Shown: positions 8,993-17,749 of the stretch, piece by piece
How the letters are laid out: each line of letters opens with the position of its first letter
How positions within the stretch are numbered: the first letter of the stretch is position 1
Assembly (NCBI GenBank): GCA_035285865.1
Contig: JAYKHS010000030.1
Location: forward strand, 1-64,000
Source: Candidatus Sericytochromatia bacterium
GTDB lineage: Bacteria > Cyanobacteriota > Sericytochromatia > S15B-MN24 > VGJW01
Direction of reading: 5' to 3'
DNA length: 64,000 nucleotides
The notes under the pieces: model-generated
Databases searched by the model: none
Seen by the model: the letters and a program-made list of their open reading frames with translations, nothing else
Told to the model about the DNA's origin: nothing
Made by a program: the position numbers and the translations under genes

Positions 8993-10126
8993 TCAGTAAC
9001 GCAGCGCGGGGCGGAAGCCCATCCAGTTGGACTGGAAGTCCTCGGTGCGGTTCACGCAGAGCAACCACATGCCTGCCTGTGCGGGCTCGTCGTGATGACC
9101 GCGATCGAAGCTGCCGCCGCGACCACCACGATAGGTCAGCACCGCTCCATCGGGAGGCGTGGCGGTGTGGGTGCCGCTGTTGTCGTGGCCCTGGGTCAGG
9201 CCGCCACCGTGGAAGTAGTCCGACCGGAAGAAGGGGACGGCAGTCTGCTGGGTCCGCCCCGCGACGCCGAATTGGCGCAGCAGGGGGTCCGTGTGCAGCG
9301 AGGCGACGTAGCCCGGAACCGTTGCGCCGACGTCGAGGGGCTGGTTGTCGATCATCAGCTCGTAACCGACCATCGACAGCGCGCCGTCCCACTCCTGGAT
9401 GTTGCCGACAAGATCCAAGACTCCGTCTGCACGCCCCGTGTGGCTGGTCAGGTTGATGCCGGGAGCCCAGGACGTGTCCTTGGCCGTGCCGGTAAGGGCA
9501 GCCTCGCCCACGACTTTCTGATCCCATGTGATCCCCGGACGTTCGGCATCCACACCGGCGAGGGTGTTGCCACGGACGTCGACCCCGTGCAGTTCGGACC
9601 AGACGGCAAGGGCGGTCCACTCGTCGCCGCGCATCAGATGGCTGACGCCGGGAGCCAGAGCCTTGGAAGCGGCATTGGCCTCGAGCCACGTGGTCGCCCA
9701 CGGCTGTCCTCCCCGGACGACGGCGGCCGAGGACTGAGTCCCGTCGCTGCGGCTCGCTTCGTACTTGGCGACATAGAAGCCGCCGAACTCCTGCCTCGCC
9801 CAGTCCACGCCGGGGATGCCCTGGGGCTGGGTGCCTACCCACGTGCCGACCGGACGATCCTTGTGTCCAGCCTGACTCGGACGCACCAACTGATACGCCT
9901 CGAAGCGCGGAATCCACGTGAACACGTTGTCCACGCCGTTGGCCCGCAGGGTGAAATCATGGTGAACTGCCGGGTCCCCGGAATCTCCGGGAGCCAAACG
10001 AACGGCCCCGGTCGTGGCGGCCGCAGTGGTCGGCGTGGCTTGCGGGCTCTGGGCCGCGCAGCCGGCTACGACTCCGGCCAACGCAAGACTGAGCCAGGCC
10101 GACGACCTGAGTCCAGAACGGTTCAT
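8993..10126 (-). CDS. Lipoprotein with C-type-lectin / FGE-sulfatase-like fold, tandem paralogue (377 aa)
   Basis: Start moved to ATG 10126 (RBS GGAGGT); lipobox VAGC; GFYVAKYEA, GVLDLVGNIQEW, RGGSF...GFRPALRY. Confidence 0.85.
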   Translation of the reverse strand: MNRSGLRSSAWLSLALAGVVAGCAAQSPQATPTTAAATTGAVRLAPGDSGDPAVHHDFTLRANGVDNVFTWIPRFEAYQLVRPSQAGHKDRPVGTWVGTQPQGIPGVDWARQEFGGFYVAKYEASRSDGTQSSAAVVRGGQPWATTWLEANAASKALAPGVSHLMRGDEWTALAVWSELHGVDVRGNTLAGVDAERPGITWDQKVVGEAALTGTAKDTSWAPGINLTSHTGRADGVLDLVGNIQEWDGALSMVGYELMIDNQPLDVGATVPGYVASLHTDPLLRQFGVAGRTQQTAVPFFRSDYFHGGGLTQGHDNSGTHTATPPDGAVLTYRGGRGGSFDRGHHDEPAQAGMWLLCVNRTEDFQSNWMGFRPALRY

Positions 10127-10172
10127 GATGACCTCCGATACCAGCTTGCTTCCGAGAAACTTCATACCCAAG

Positions 10173-11228
10173 TCAGGGGATGACCTTCACGCTTTGCGTG
10201 GCCAGGAGCGAGCCTGCCTTGGCCATCACGTGGAAGTCCCCTGTCTGGGAGGCGTTCATGATCTTGCCGCCCACGACAAGCAGGGGAGGTGCCCCGTGGC
10301 CGACGGCGTGATTCGTGTGATCCGTGCCCGCTCCGCCATCTCCCGATGCCGTTTCCCAGAGGGAATCGAAGCTGGTATAGGAGCGATCGTCGGCATCGTA
10401 GCCGACGAGCGGGATGACGATGTCCGAGGTGCCCTGCTTGACCTCGATGGGCCCCGTGGCAATCTCGATGCGAATCAGTTTGGCCACGTCAGCCAGCGAG
10501 ACTGCCTGCCGTTCTCCGACCTGGATGACGATCTTGTCGCGTGTGGCTTCATTGGGCATTTCGAAGTAGAAGGCTTCGTTCGAAAACTTCAGGAGCTTGC
10601 TGGCAGCGACTTCGATACCGCCGACGAAGACCCTGAAGGACACGGTGTCGTCCGTCGGGTATCCCGTGCCCCTGACCTCGACCTGCTGTCCCTGCGCCGC
10701 CGCGAAGTAGCTGAAACTGGCGATGGAAGGCGGATCAAGCGGTTTGGGGGTGGGTGTCGCAGCGGCCGGGAAGACCAGCCTGACCGAGCCGATGGTGCCG
10801 GACTCGAGGGTGATGGTCTCTGCCTTTGTGGCGAGGACCAGACCGTCGCTACGCACGGCTGTCGCCGTGACGGTGACGGAGCCGGCCGGAATTCGGTCCA
10901 TCTGAGCACTGGTGCCGAACTGGGCTTCGACCTCCTTGTCGAAGCCATCGCGGGCCTGGACGCGGAACTTGATGGCGGCCGTGGTTGCCGGAATCGCGGC
11001 CACCTGGCGGTCGGGCCACTTGATCCGAAACACCAGCGTGCCTGTGCCGGCCGGCAGGGCGGGAGCCGAGGTTGCCGGGCCTGCGGAAAGTTCCAACTCC
11101 TGTCCGAAACCGGGCATCCGGACTGCCGAGATGGAGTCCGTGCCGGAGGGGTGCACGATGCTGCAAGCAGAGACGGCCAAGGCGCCGCCCAGCAGGAAAC
11201 TGCCCCAACGAGTGCGGGCCATGATCAC
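10173..11228 (-). CDS. Lipoprotein with beta-sandwich (transthyretin/IPT-like) domains (351 aa)
   Basis: Lipobox VSAC; beta-rich; PPSIASFS...QQVEVRGTGY IPT-like segment; ATGA overlap with the upstream gene. Confidence 0.75.
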   Translation of the reverse strand: MIMARTRWGSFLLGGALAVSACSIVHPSGTDSISAVRMPGFGQELELSAGPATSAPALPAGTGTLVFRIKWPDRQVAAIPATTAAIKFRVQARDGFDKEVEAQFGTSAQMDRIPAGSVTVTATAVRSDGLVLATKAETITLESGTIGSVRLVFPAAATPTPKPLDPPSIASFSYFAAAQGQQVEVRGTGYPTDDTVSFRVFVGGIEVAASKLLKFSNEAFYFEMPNEATRDKIVIQVGERQAVSLADVAKLIRIEIATGPIEVKQGTSDIVIPLVGYDADDRSYTSFDSLWETASGDGGAGTDHTNHAVGHGAPPLLVVGGKIMNASQTGDFHVMAKAGSLLATQSVKVIP

Positions 11229-11911
11229 TCAACCTCCATGTTCAGCGAGCCGACGGCCTCGATGACGACGGGCACGAGGGAGTAGGTCGATTCATCCGGC
11301 GCGATGATCCGGACGTTGCCCGTGCCTTCGGACTTGGCCGTCACGACGCCATCGGTGCTCACGACCGCGATGTTGGCCGGATCAACCGAAAACTTGGCAT
11401 TCAGGACGACCTGTCCCCGATTGGTCAGCCACTCGAAGTTGAGCGCTTCAAACGACTTGATGCCGGGTGCCGGTGTGCCCGTGGTGGGCGGCACCGTCAG
11501 TTTGATGGGTGTCACGTTGCGCACCGTCAGCGAAACGTAGCGAACCGGCGGAGGTGTCGGCAGCGGTTCGGGTGTCGGGGTCGGAGCCTCCGTGACCTCC
11601 GGGGTAGCCGTGCCGCCACCCGTTGATGATCCACCCCCGTCCGGCGTAGCGTTGCCGCCAACTTCGGTTGATGTCGTACCGGTGGGTGTCGGAGTCGGAG
11701 TCGCCTCTGTTTCGATGCTTCCGCCGGCCCCGCCCGGTCTTTGCGTGGCCGCAGGCGTCGCTGCCTTCGCTGGTGCCACCGTGGGTCTACGGGTAGCCGT
11801 GGTTGTCGGGGCCTGCACGGTGGTGGCACCGGCACAGGCCACGAGGCCGGCCAAGGAGGCCGCCAACAGGGCGCTCAGACTCGAGCGCCTGAGCGAGAGG
11901 AACCGGAACAT
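11225..11911 (-). CDS. Lipoprotein with PT-rich linker and C-terminal Ig-like (Big_2-type) domain (228 aa)
   Basis: Lipobox LVAC; FSVDPANIAVVSTDGVVTAKSEGTGNVRI resembles Big_2; RBS GAGG. Confidence 0.78.
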   Translation of the reverse strand: MFRFLSLRRSSLSALLAASLAGLVACAGATTVQAPTTTATRRPTVAPAKAATPAATQRPGGAGGSIETEATPTPTPTGTTSTEVGGNATPDGGGSSTGGGTATPEVTEAPTPTPEPLPTPPPVRYVSLTVRNVTPIKLTVPPTTGTPAPGIKSFEALNFEWLTNRGQVVLNAKFSVDPANIAVVSTDGVVTAKSEGTGNVRIIAPDESTYSLVPVVIEAVGSLNMEVE

Positions 11912-11940
11912 CGAGCGTGACCTCGCGTGGCTGCTGGGAA

Positions 11941-12930
11941 TCAGAAAGAGGTACCGGGCAACGTGCCCGAGACCTTGGGGACGACATCACAGTTGGTCAC
12001 GGCCTTGCCGAGGCCCGTGGAGACGGATAGGAGGCCGCTGGATGCATAGGCGGGCAAGGTCACCTCGATGCGGTTGCTCGCGAAGGCCTGGATGGGCAGG
12101 ATGGCTCCGTTGAGCGTGATCGACACGCGCGCGGAGCTTGAGCCGAAGTCCGCACCGTTGATCACGATGCGGCTGCCGGCGGTGGCCGGATTGGGGTCGA
12201 GGCTGCTGATCGAGGGGGGCTTCAGGCCGGCCGAAGCCCGAAGGACGGGGCCGTTGTCATAGTCGAGCGACGCGATGGGGTCGACGTTGTTTTCGATGAC
12301 CGTCGAGACCAGTGCCAAGGCCGTGCTGATGTCCGATTGCGACATGATGGACGCAGAAATGCCGGGTGCTCCAAGCGATCCGTCCTGCATCGTGATGATC
12401 TGGCTCATCAGGCCCATCCGGGCGTTCGTATCCTGGCGCAACAGGTCGGACAGGATCGAGATGGTCGTGGACAGTCGACTTACGTCCACCGAAAACGGAC
12501 CGGTCAGCGAGTCCGCCACGGTGTTGTTGGCGAACATGATCAGCGTCCTGACGCGCACGGCGTCATAACCCACCGCGTTGTTGTTGAGCCCCTTGATGGC
12601 TTCAAGATAGTAGGGATCCGGACCCGGGACAAAACTCTTGTCCCAGACCAGTTGGAAGACCCCGTTGCTGTCCGTAACCGTCGTGGCCTTGGTCTCGTTG
12701 GTCGCCGTATCGATCAAGGAGACCGTCGCGGCCGTGGCCACCTCCACCATCGTGGCTTGATTCTTTCGGGCTGGCGGCCGCTCGTCCAAGACCACCCGGC
12801 CACGGATTACGCCGCCGGCCTGCGGTACGGATCCGGGCAGCGGCCCAGCGCACCCCCAGAGCGCGACCGCCGCGAGCAGTGCTGTCGCACGGGCCAGCGG
12901 AACCCCGGGTGCATCGGACCGAAGCATCAT
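11941..12930 (-). CDS. Lipoprotein: conserved N-terminal domain plus one IPT/TIG domain (minimal family member)
   Basis: Start moved to ATG 12930; lipobox LWGC; ATVSLID..TTVTDSNGVF..YYLEAIKG..RVRT; PSISSLDPNPATAGSRIVINGADFG. Confidence 0.82.
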   Translation of the reverse strand: MMLRSDAPGVPLARATALLAAVALWGCAGPLPGSVPQAGGVIRGRVVLDERPPARKNQATMVEVATAATVSLIDTATNETKATTVTDSNGVFQLVWDKSFVPGPDPYYLEAIKGLNNNAVGYDAVRVRTLIMFANNTVADSLTGPFSVDVSRLSTTISILSDLLRQDTNARMGLMSQIITMQDGSLGAPGISASIMSQSDISTALALVSTVIENNVDPIASLDYDNGPVLRASAGLKPPSISSLDPNPATAGSRIVINGADFGSSSARVSITLNGAILPIQAFASNRIEVTLPAYASSGLLSVSTGLGKAVTNCDVVPKVSGTLPGTSF

Positions 12931-13110
12931 GCCTGCGATATACCCGAAGCGGGCGAGTTCTTCCAAGTCGACGGGCTTTTCTTGCTAAAGGCCTGCCAGG
13001 TCTGGGGAATCTCTCCCGCGGCGTGCAAGAGAGGCTCTGCTTCGGGTAAGGGAAACTTGTCTGGTCCCTTGTCCAGGCTGCCGTGCTGTCCCCCCTCGGG
13101 AGGTCGTTCC

Positions 13111-15381
13111 TTGCGCGCATTCCTCAAGCGGCTGTCGGTCCTGTCCGTCGTGACGGCCATGTTGGTTGCCTGCACCGCGCCCGGACAGTCCTCCGGGGCT
13201 GGCGCGCCGGCCCCGGAGGATGCTTCGGTCAGCCAGTCCCCGACGATCTCCGACTCGATTCGCGGCACCGTGGACCTTGCTGCGCTCGCGTCTGGGCCCT
13301 CGTCGCGGGAGGTGGCGGCCCTGCCCAGCGAGATTATCCGGGCAGCCACGCTCGTGATGATCGACCCTGAGACGAACAGGACGCTCTCGGCCACCGTCAC
13401 GCGCTCGGACGGCTCGTTTGATCTGGTGCCGCCCGTCGGTTTGGTGGCCGGCAACGTCTATGTGCTCGAGGCATCCAAGGCAGTCGGTGCGATCGGAGGC
13501 GTTCAGACGAACCTCCGGGTCCGTACGATGCTGCGGATTGTTTCAGGCAGATGGACGTCCATCTCCGGTTCCGCCATCCGGATCGACCCCTTCACGACGG
13601 CCGTGGCCTTGGCCAGCCAGCAGAACCCGGATGCCGTGCCGTGGGTGCGGACGATGGGCAAGGTGCTGGTGACGAGCGAGGGCAGCATGTTCGAGGGCAG
13701 CATCGCCTACGACGGTGTCTCCGACGCGGATCTGCTCAACTTGGTCCTGACCATCCGGAACCTGCTCGGTGCGGACCTTGATCCGGTGGCCAACATCCGG
13801 TCCCTGCGCCCGGTCATCTCGGGTGTCTCACGTCCCAAGGGGCGTCCGGGAGAACAGCTCATCATCGAGGGTGAAGGCTTCAGTCCCTTCTCGAGCGACC
13901 TGACCGTGGCCTTCGGGGCAGTGGGGGCGACCATCCGCTCGGCACGCAGCAATCGACTCGTCGTGGATGTCCCAGCCGCCTCGGGCATCGTTTCGCTGAC
14001 GGTTCGCACCCGTCTTGGGCTGTCGAACTCGATTCAGTTCACGGTCGACAACGATCCTCTGGTCGTGGTTTCGGCGGCCTTGCCGGCAGCGGGCCTGCCG
14101 GACACCGTCATCAACATCGCGGGTTCCGGCTTTGACGAGAACAAGGCGCTCAACGAGGTCTACTTCGGCCTGCTCAAGGTCACGCCCGTGACGGCCAGCC
14201 CGAATCTGCTGATCGTCAAGGTGCCCGACGGGGCGGCCACGGGACAGTTGATCGTGAAGTCTCCGCTGGGGACCAGCAACCCGCTCTACTTCCAGGTTCC
14301 CTACCGCATCGACCAGTGCCCGACCTCCGGCATGCCGGACACCGCCATCTCGATACTTGGCGTGTTCCCATCCGCCTCGGGGGCCGTCTCCTTCAACGGC
14401 ACCAACGGTACCGTCCTGACGTGGGCCAAGGACAAAATCACGGTTCGGGTGCCCAACGGATTCTCGGAAGGTGCGCTTCAGATCACGTCGGGTGCCGTCG
14501 TGATCGACGGGCCATCCTTCAAGCTCAAGCAGGGCAACCTCGGGGCCTGGGTTCAGGTTCCGGGGACCTATCGGGACGGCAGCTCCTACATGTCCAGTTG
14601 GCAACTCAACGAGGCAGCCTACCTGAAGCCCTACTACAACTCGGGCATTCTGCGGGTGGCCTACGACGTGAGCGGCAACGTCTCCAGCGTGACGGACGTC
14701 GGCGGCCTCGGCCTGACCTACAACCACTACATCAAGGGTGGCATCGTTCTGGGAAGCTGGGCCTACTGGTTCAACGACTACAGCACCAGCTACCCGTGTT
14801 ACGCGCGGCGGGCGCCTGTCGCCAACGGCGTGATCGGCAACTTCAGCTACTTCCAGAGCCCGCCTACTTACTACTGGGCAGATGCCGAGGAAATCGACGG
14901 GCGGTTGTACCTCATCGACACGTGCTATGGCAACTCGCTGTGGGCCACCATCAACAACGACGGAACCTACGGGGGTTGGAACAGCATCAATGTCGGAGCC
15001 GGCGATTTCCGGCATGGCGCCTTGGTCCGCGTGAAGAACTGGCTGTATCGAATCGGCGGGCAAAACTACAGCAGTAACTGTGCCCGCGCTCCCATCGGCA
15101 ACGGTGGGGTGCTGGGCAGTTTCTCGACCTATGGCTCCTTGCCGGACAACTTCTACGGCGCTTCTGCCGTTGTCGTGGGTAAGTACCTGTATGCGATGGC
15201 TTCCCAGGCCAACAGTTGGTACCGGGCCGAGGTCGATGGCAACGGCAATCTGGGCGGGTGGGTCCGCCAGGCCGGGGGCATGCCGAACACCGAGTATCAC
15301 TCGGACCGTTCGTGGGTGAAGGGCGATTACGTCTACTACTACAGCCGCTTCGGTCTGGCACAGAACCAGATCATCGACTGA
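13111..15381 (+). CDS. Lipoprotein: conserved N-domain, three IPT/TIG domains, C-terminal Kelch-like Tyr/Asn/Gly-rich propeller (756 aa)
   Basis: Start moved to TTG 13111 after GGGAGG; lipobox LVAC; IPT repeats; NGxLGxW-type and VVGKYLY Kelch-like blades. Confidence 0.85.
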   Translation: MRAFLKRLSVLSVVTAMLVACTAPGQSSGAGAPAPEDASVSQSPTISDSIRGTVDLAALASGPSSREVAALPSEIIRAATLVMIDPETNRTLSATVTRSDGSFDLVPPVGLVAGNVYVLEASKAVGAIGGVQTNLRVRTMLRIVSGRWTSISGSAIRIDPFTTAVALASQQNPDAVPWVRTMGKVLVTSEGSMFEGSIAYDGVSDADLLNLVLTIRNLLGADLDPVANIRSLRPVISGVSRPKGRPGEQLIIEGEGFSPFSSDLTVAFGAVGATIRSARSNRLVVDVPAASGIVSLTVRTRLGLSNSIQFTVDNDPLVVVSAALPAAGLPDTVINIAGSGFDENKALNEVYFGLLKVTPVTASPNLLIVKVPDGAATGQLIVKSPLGTSNPLYFQVPYRIDQCPTSGMPDTAISILGVFPSASGAVSFNGTNGTVLTWAKDKITVRVPNGFSEGALQITSGAVVIDGPSFKLKQGNLGAWVQVPGTYRDGSSYMSSWQLNEAAYLKPYYNSGILRVAYDVSGNVSSVTDVGGLGLTYNHYIKGGIVLGSWAYWFNDYSTSYPCYARRAPVANGVIGNFSYFQSPPTYYWADAEEIDGRLYLIDTCYGNSLWATINNDGTYGGWNSINVGAGDFRHGALVRVKNWLYRIGGQNYSSNCARAPIGNGGVLGSFSTYGSLPDNFYGASAVVVGKYLYAMASQANSWYRAEVDGNGNLGGWVRQAGGMPNTEYHSDRSWVKGDYVYYYSRFGLAQNQIID

Positions 15382-15394
15382 CAGGAGCAGGAAA

Positions 15395-17671
15395 GTGTTG
15401 ATCGTTCGGTCACTGAGTGTCCTTGTCGCGCTCACCCTTGCCGTGGCGGGGTGTCAGGGCAGGCCCGCATCCTTGTCACTCGCGCAGACTGCTGAGAACG
15501 GCACCTCCACGCAACGACAGGAGGCGACGCTTGCGGGACCGGCCCTCGAAGGTCGGGCCATCTGGCCGGATCGGGCCGGCCAGAACACGTCGGACATCCT
15601 GCGGGGCGCGACGATCGCGTTGGTCGATCCGGATTCCAACTACACCCTGTCAGCCACGAGCCTGAAGGCGGACGGCACCTTCAGTTTGCCGGTGCCCTTG
15701 GGCATCTCGACTTCCACGGTCTACATCCTGGAAGGCGTCAAGGGCTACAGGCAGGGACAGCCGGGGGGGGAGATCTCGCGCCTTAGGACGCTGGTGCGCT
15801 ACACCGGATCGGGTTGGGCCTCCATTTCCGGAAACTCTCTCATCCTGGATGGTCTTACGACCGCGGTGACGCAGATTGCGCTGCTCTACCCCGCGGACAT
15901 CAGCCGCGCCGGTGTGCTTTCCAAGGTGCTCCAGACGTCCGGGGGGACAGTCCTCAACACGAATCCCGTGCTGCCGAACCATCCTGATTCCGAAATTCTC
16001 CTGACGGCCCAGCTGGTTCGGCAGGCGCTTTCCGCGGACCGGGATCCCATCGCCGTCGTCGATGCCTCGCGCATCTCGCTGCTGAGCCTGAGCGCCACCC
16101 GCGTCACGCCGGGGGACCTGCTGGCGATTCGTGGCCGTGGCTTCGGCCCCACGCCATCCTCGAACACCGTGCTCTTCGGAACGGCCACGGCAAGTGTGGC
16201 GACCGTCGTGCCCGGTCTGCTCCACGCCATCGTGCCCAGCGACATCCGCGGGAACTTCCAGTTGCAGGTACGGTCAGCGCTGGGCCTCTCCGCTGCCATT
16301 CCGGTATTCGTGGATGGTCCCCCGCCGATCCAGCTCAACAGCATCCAGCCTCCCGTGGGGCTGCCGGGACAGACGCTCACGCTTACGGGCCGGGGATTCT
16401 CGTCCACTGCCTCTGCGAACGAAGTGTATTTCGGTCTCGTCAAGGCCACGCCACTGCAGGCAAGCGCCAACAGCCTGGTGGTGAAGGTGCCCAGCGGCCA
16501 GTTGTCCTGCAATGTCGCCGTGCGCGCCAACGGGGTGACCAGCAACCCGTTCTGGTTCGAGATTCCCTACCGCGTCACTTCTGCACCGGACACGGGCATG
16601 GCCGGCCAGACCATTACCGTGAAGGGCCTATTCCCGCCGACCAAAAACAACTCGTCGGCCGTCAGCTTCAACAATTTAGACGGCATATTGCAGTCGTGGA
16701 CCGATACTGAGATTCGCGTGATGGTGCCGTTCGGAGTGACTCAGGGAGCCATCGCCGTCAAGTTCGACGGCGTGACGTTGACCGGTCCGACTTTTACCCC
16801 CAAGGACGGCAATCTGGGCGGATGGTCCCTGGTGAACGGGACCTACCAGAACTACAACAGCTACTACACCGGGTTCATGGGCGAAAAGGCCCTGTTCCTC
16901 CGTGCCTACAGCTCGGGTTACAACCATTACCGGGTCCGGTTCGACGACGCCGGTGCAGTCGCGGGTCTGGACGTCTGGCCGTCGCTCAACAACATGCCGT
17001 ACAACCACTACTTCAAGGGCGGTATCCTGCTGGGCAACTGGATGTACTGGTTCAACGACGGCCAGAACTACGCCTCGGTCTATCGTGCACCCTACGATCG
17101 TTCCAACGACAACCTGGGCCAGTTCACCTATTACGGTGGCATGCCGACGGCCGGATACAATCTGGCCGTTCAGGTCGACAACAGGGTCTTCGTCTACGAC
17201 ATGGTGGGCAGTTGGACCAAGGTGCGCTATGCCACCATCACCAACGATGGTTCTCTGGGTGGCTGGACCAACGAGTCGGGCGGTTGGGGCAACTACATTT
17301 ATGGCGACGTCATCCGGATCGGCAACTACCTCTACCGGTTCGGCGGCTCCGGAGACCCCAACGGATGCTCCCGAGCGCCCATCAGCAACGGGCTGGTCGG
17401 GCAGTTCTCTTACTACCGGGCCATGCCCAACTACTACGAGGGCGCCTCTGCCGCAGTGGTCGGCAACTACGTCTACGTGATTTCGGCCAACTACAACGGC
17501 ATCTGGTGCCGGGCACGCATCAGTGGTCAGGGTGAGCTAGGGGGCTGGGAGAATATGTCCGGCAACACGGCACCCAACCCTTACAACCACGTCGAACGGC
17601 TCTACGTGAAGGGTGGCTACGCCTACTATTTCAATTACTACGGCCTCTATCAGGCGGCTGTCCTGAACTAG
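15395..17671 (+). CDS. Lipoprotein, paralogue of 13111..15381 (N-domain, three IPT/TIG, Kelch-like propeller; 758 aa)
   Basis: RBS AGGAG; lipobox VAGC; colinear similarity, e.g. YNHY(I/F)KGGI(V/L)LG(S/N)W(A/M)YWFND. Confidence 0.88.
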   Translation: MLIVRSLSVLVALTLAVAGCQGRPASLSLAQTAENGTSTQRQEATLAGPALEGRAIWPDRAGQNTSDILRGATIALVDPDSNYTLSATSLKADGTFSLPVPLGISTSTVYILEGVKGYRQGQPGGEISRLRTLVRYTGSGWASISGNSLILDGLTTAVTQIALLYPADISRAGVLSKVLQTSGGTVLNTNPVLPNHPDSEILLTAQLVRQALSADRDPIAVVDASRISLLSLSATRVTPGDLLAIRGRGFGPTPSSNTVLFGTATASVATVVPGLLHAIVPSDIRGNFQLQVRSALGLSAAIPVFVDGPPPIQLNSIQPPVGLPGQTLTLTGRGFSSTASANEVYFGLVKATPLQASANSLVVKVPSGQLSCNVAVRANGVTSNPFWFEIPYRVTSAPDTGMAGQTITVKGLFPPTKNNSSAVSFNNLDGILQSWTDTEIRVMVPFGVTQGAIAVKFDGVTLTGPTFTPKDGNLGGWSLVNGTYQNYNSYYTGFMGEKALFLRAYSSGYNHYRVRFDDAGAVAGLDVWPSLNNMPYNHYFKGGILLGNWMYWFNDGQNYASVYRAPYDRSNDNLGQFTYYGGMPTAGYNLAVQVDNRVFVYDMVGSWTKVRYATITNDGSLGGWTNESGGWGNYIYGDVIRIGNYLYRFGGSGDPNGCSRAPISNGLVGQFSYYRAMPNYYEGASAAVVGNYVYVISANYNGIWCRARISGQGELGGWENMSGNTAPNPYNHVERLYVKGGYAYYFNYYGLYQAAVLN

Positions 17672-17684
17672 GCGTCCGTCGCTG

Positions 17685-17729
17685 CCGTCATCCTCGGGAG
17701 CCGAATCCCCGGGGATGACGGATTATTTT
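17685..17729 (+). terminator. Rho-independent terminator
   Basis: Stem CCGTCATCCTCGGG / CCCGGGGATGACGG (one G:U) followed by ATTATTTT. Confidence 0.75.
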
Positions 17730-17734
17730 GATTC

Positions 17735-17743
17735 TGTTAAAAT
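17735..17743 (+). promoter_or_regulatory. Extended -10 element (TGtTAAAAT), likely leaderless promoter
   Basis: TAAAAT 17738-17743 lies 6 nt before ATG 17750; no RBS. Confidence 0.55.
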
Positions 17744-17749
17744 GTCGTC

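Noticed and set aside
7812..10126. Complete diversity-generating retroelement
   Set aside because: No reverse transcriptase, accessory gene or template repeat in the window; the two CLec 3' ends differ at C/T and G/C synonymous sites, not only at adenines.
7812..10126. Formylglycine-generating enzymes (sulfatase maturation)
   Set aside because: Catalytic Cys motif absent, the proteins are lipoproteins, and no sulfatase is nearby.
12337..13110. N-terminal 258 aa of the 1014-aa ORF
   Set aside because: Overlaps the opposite-strand gene 11941..12930; the real start is TTG 13111 with an RBS and lipoprotein signal.
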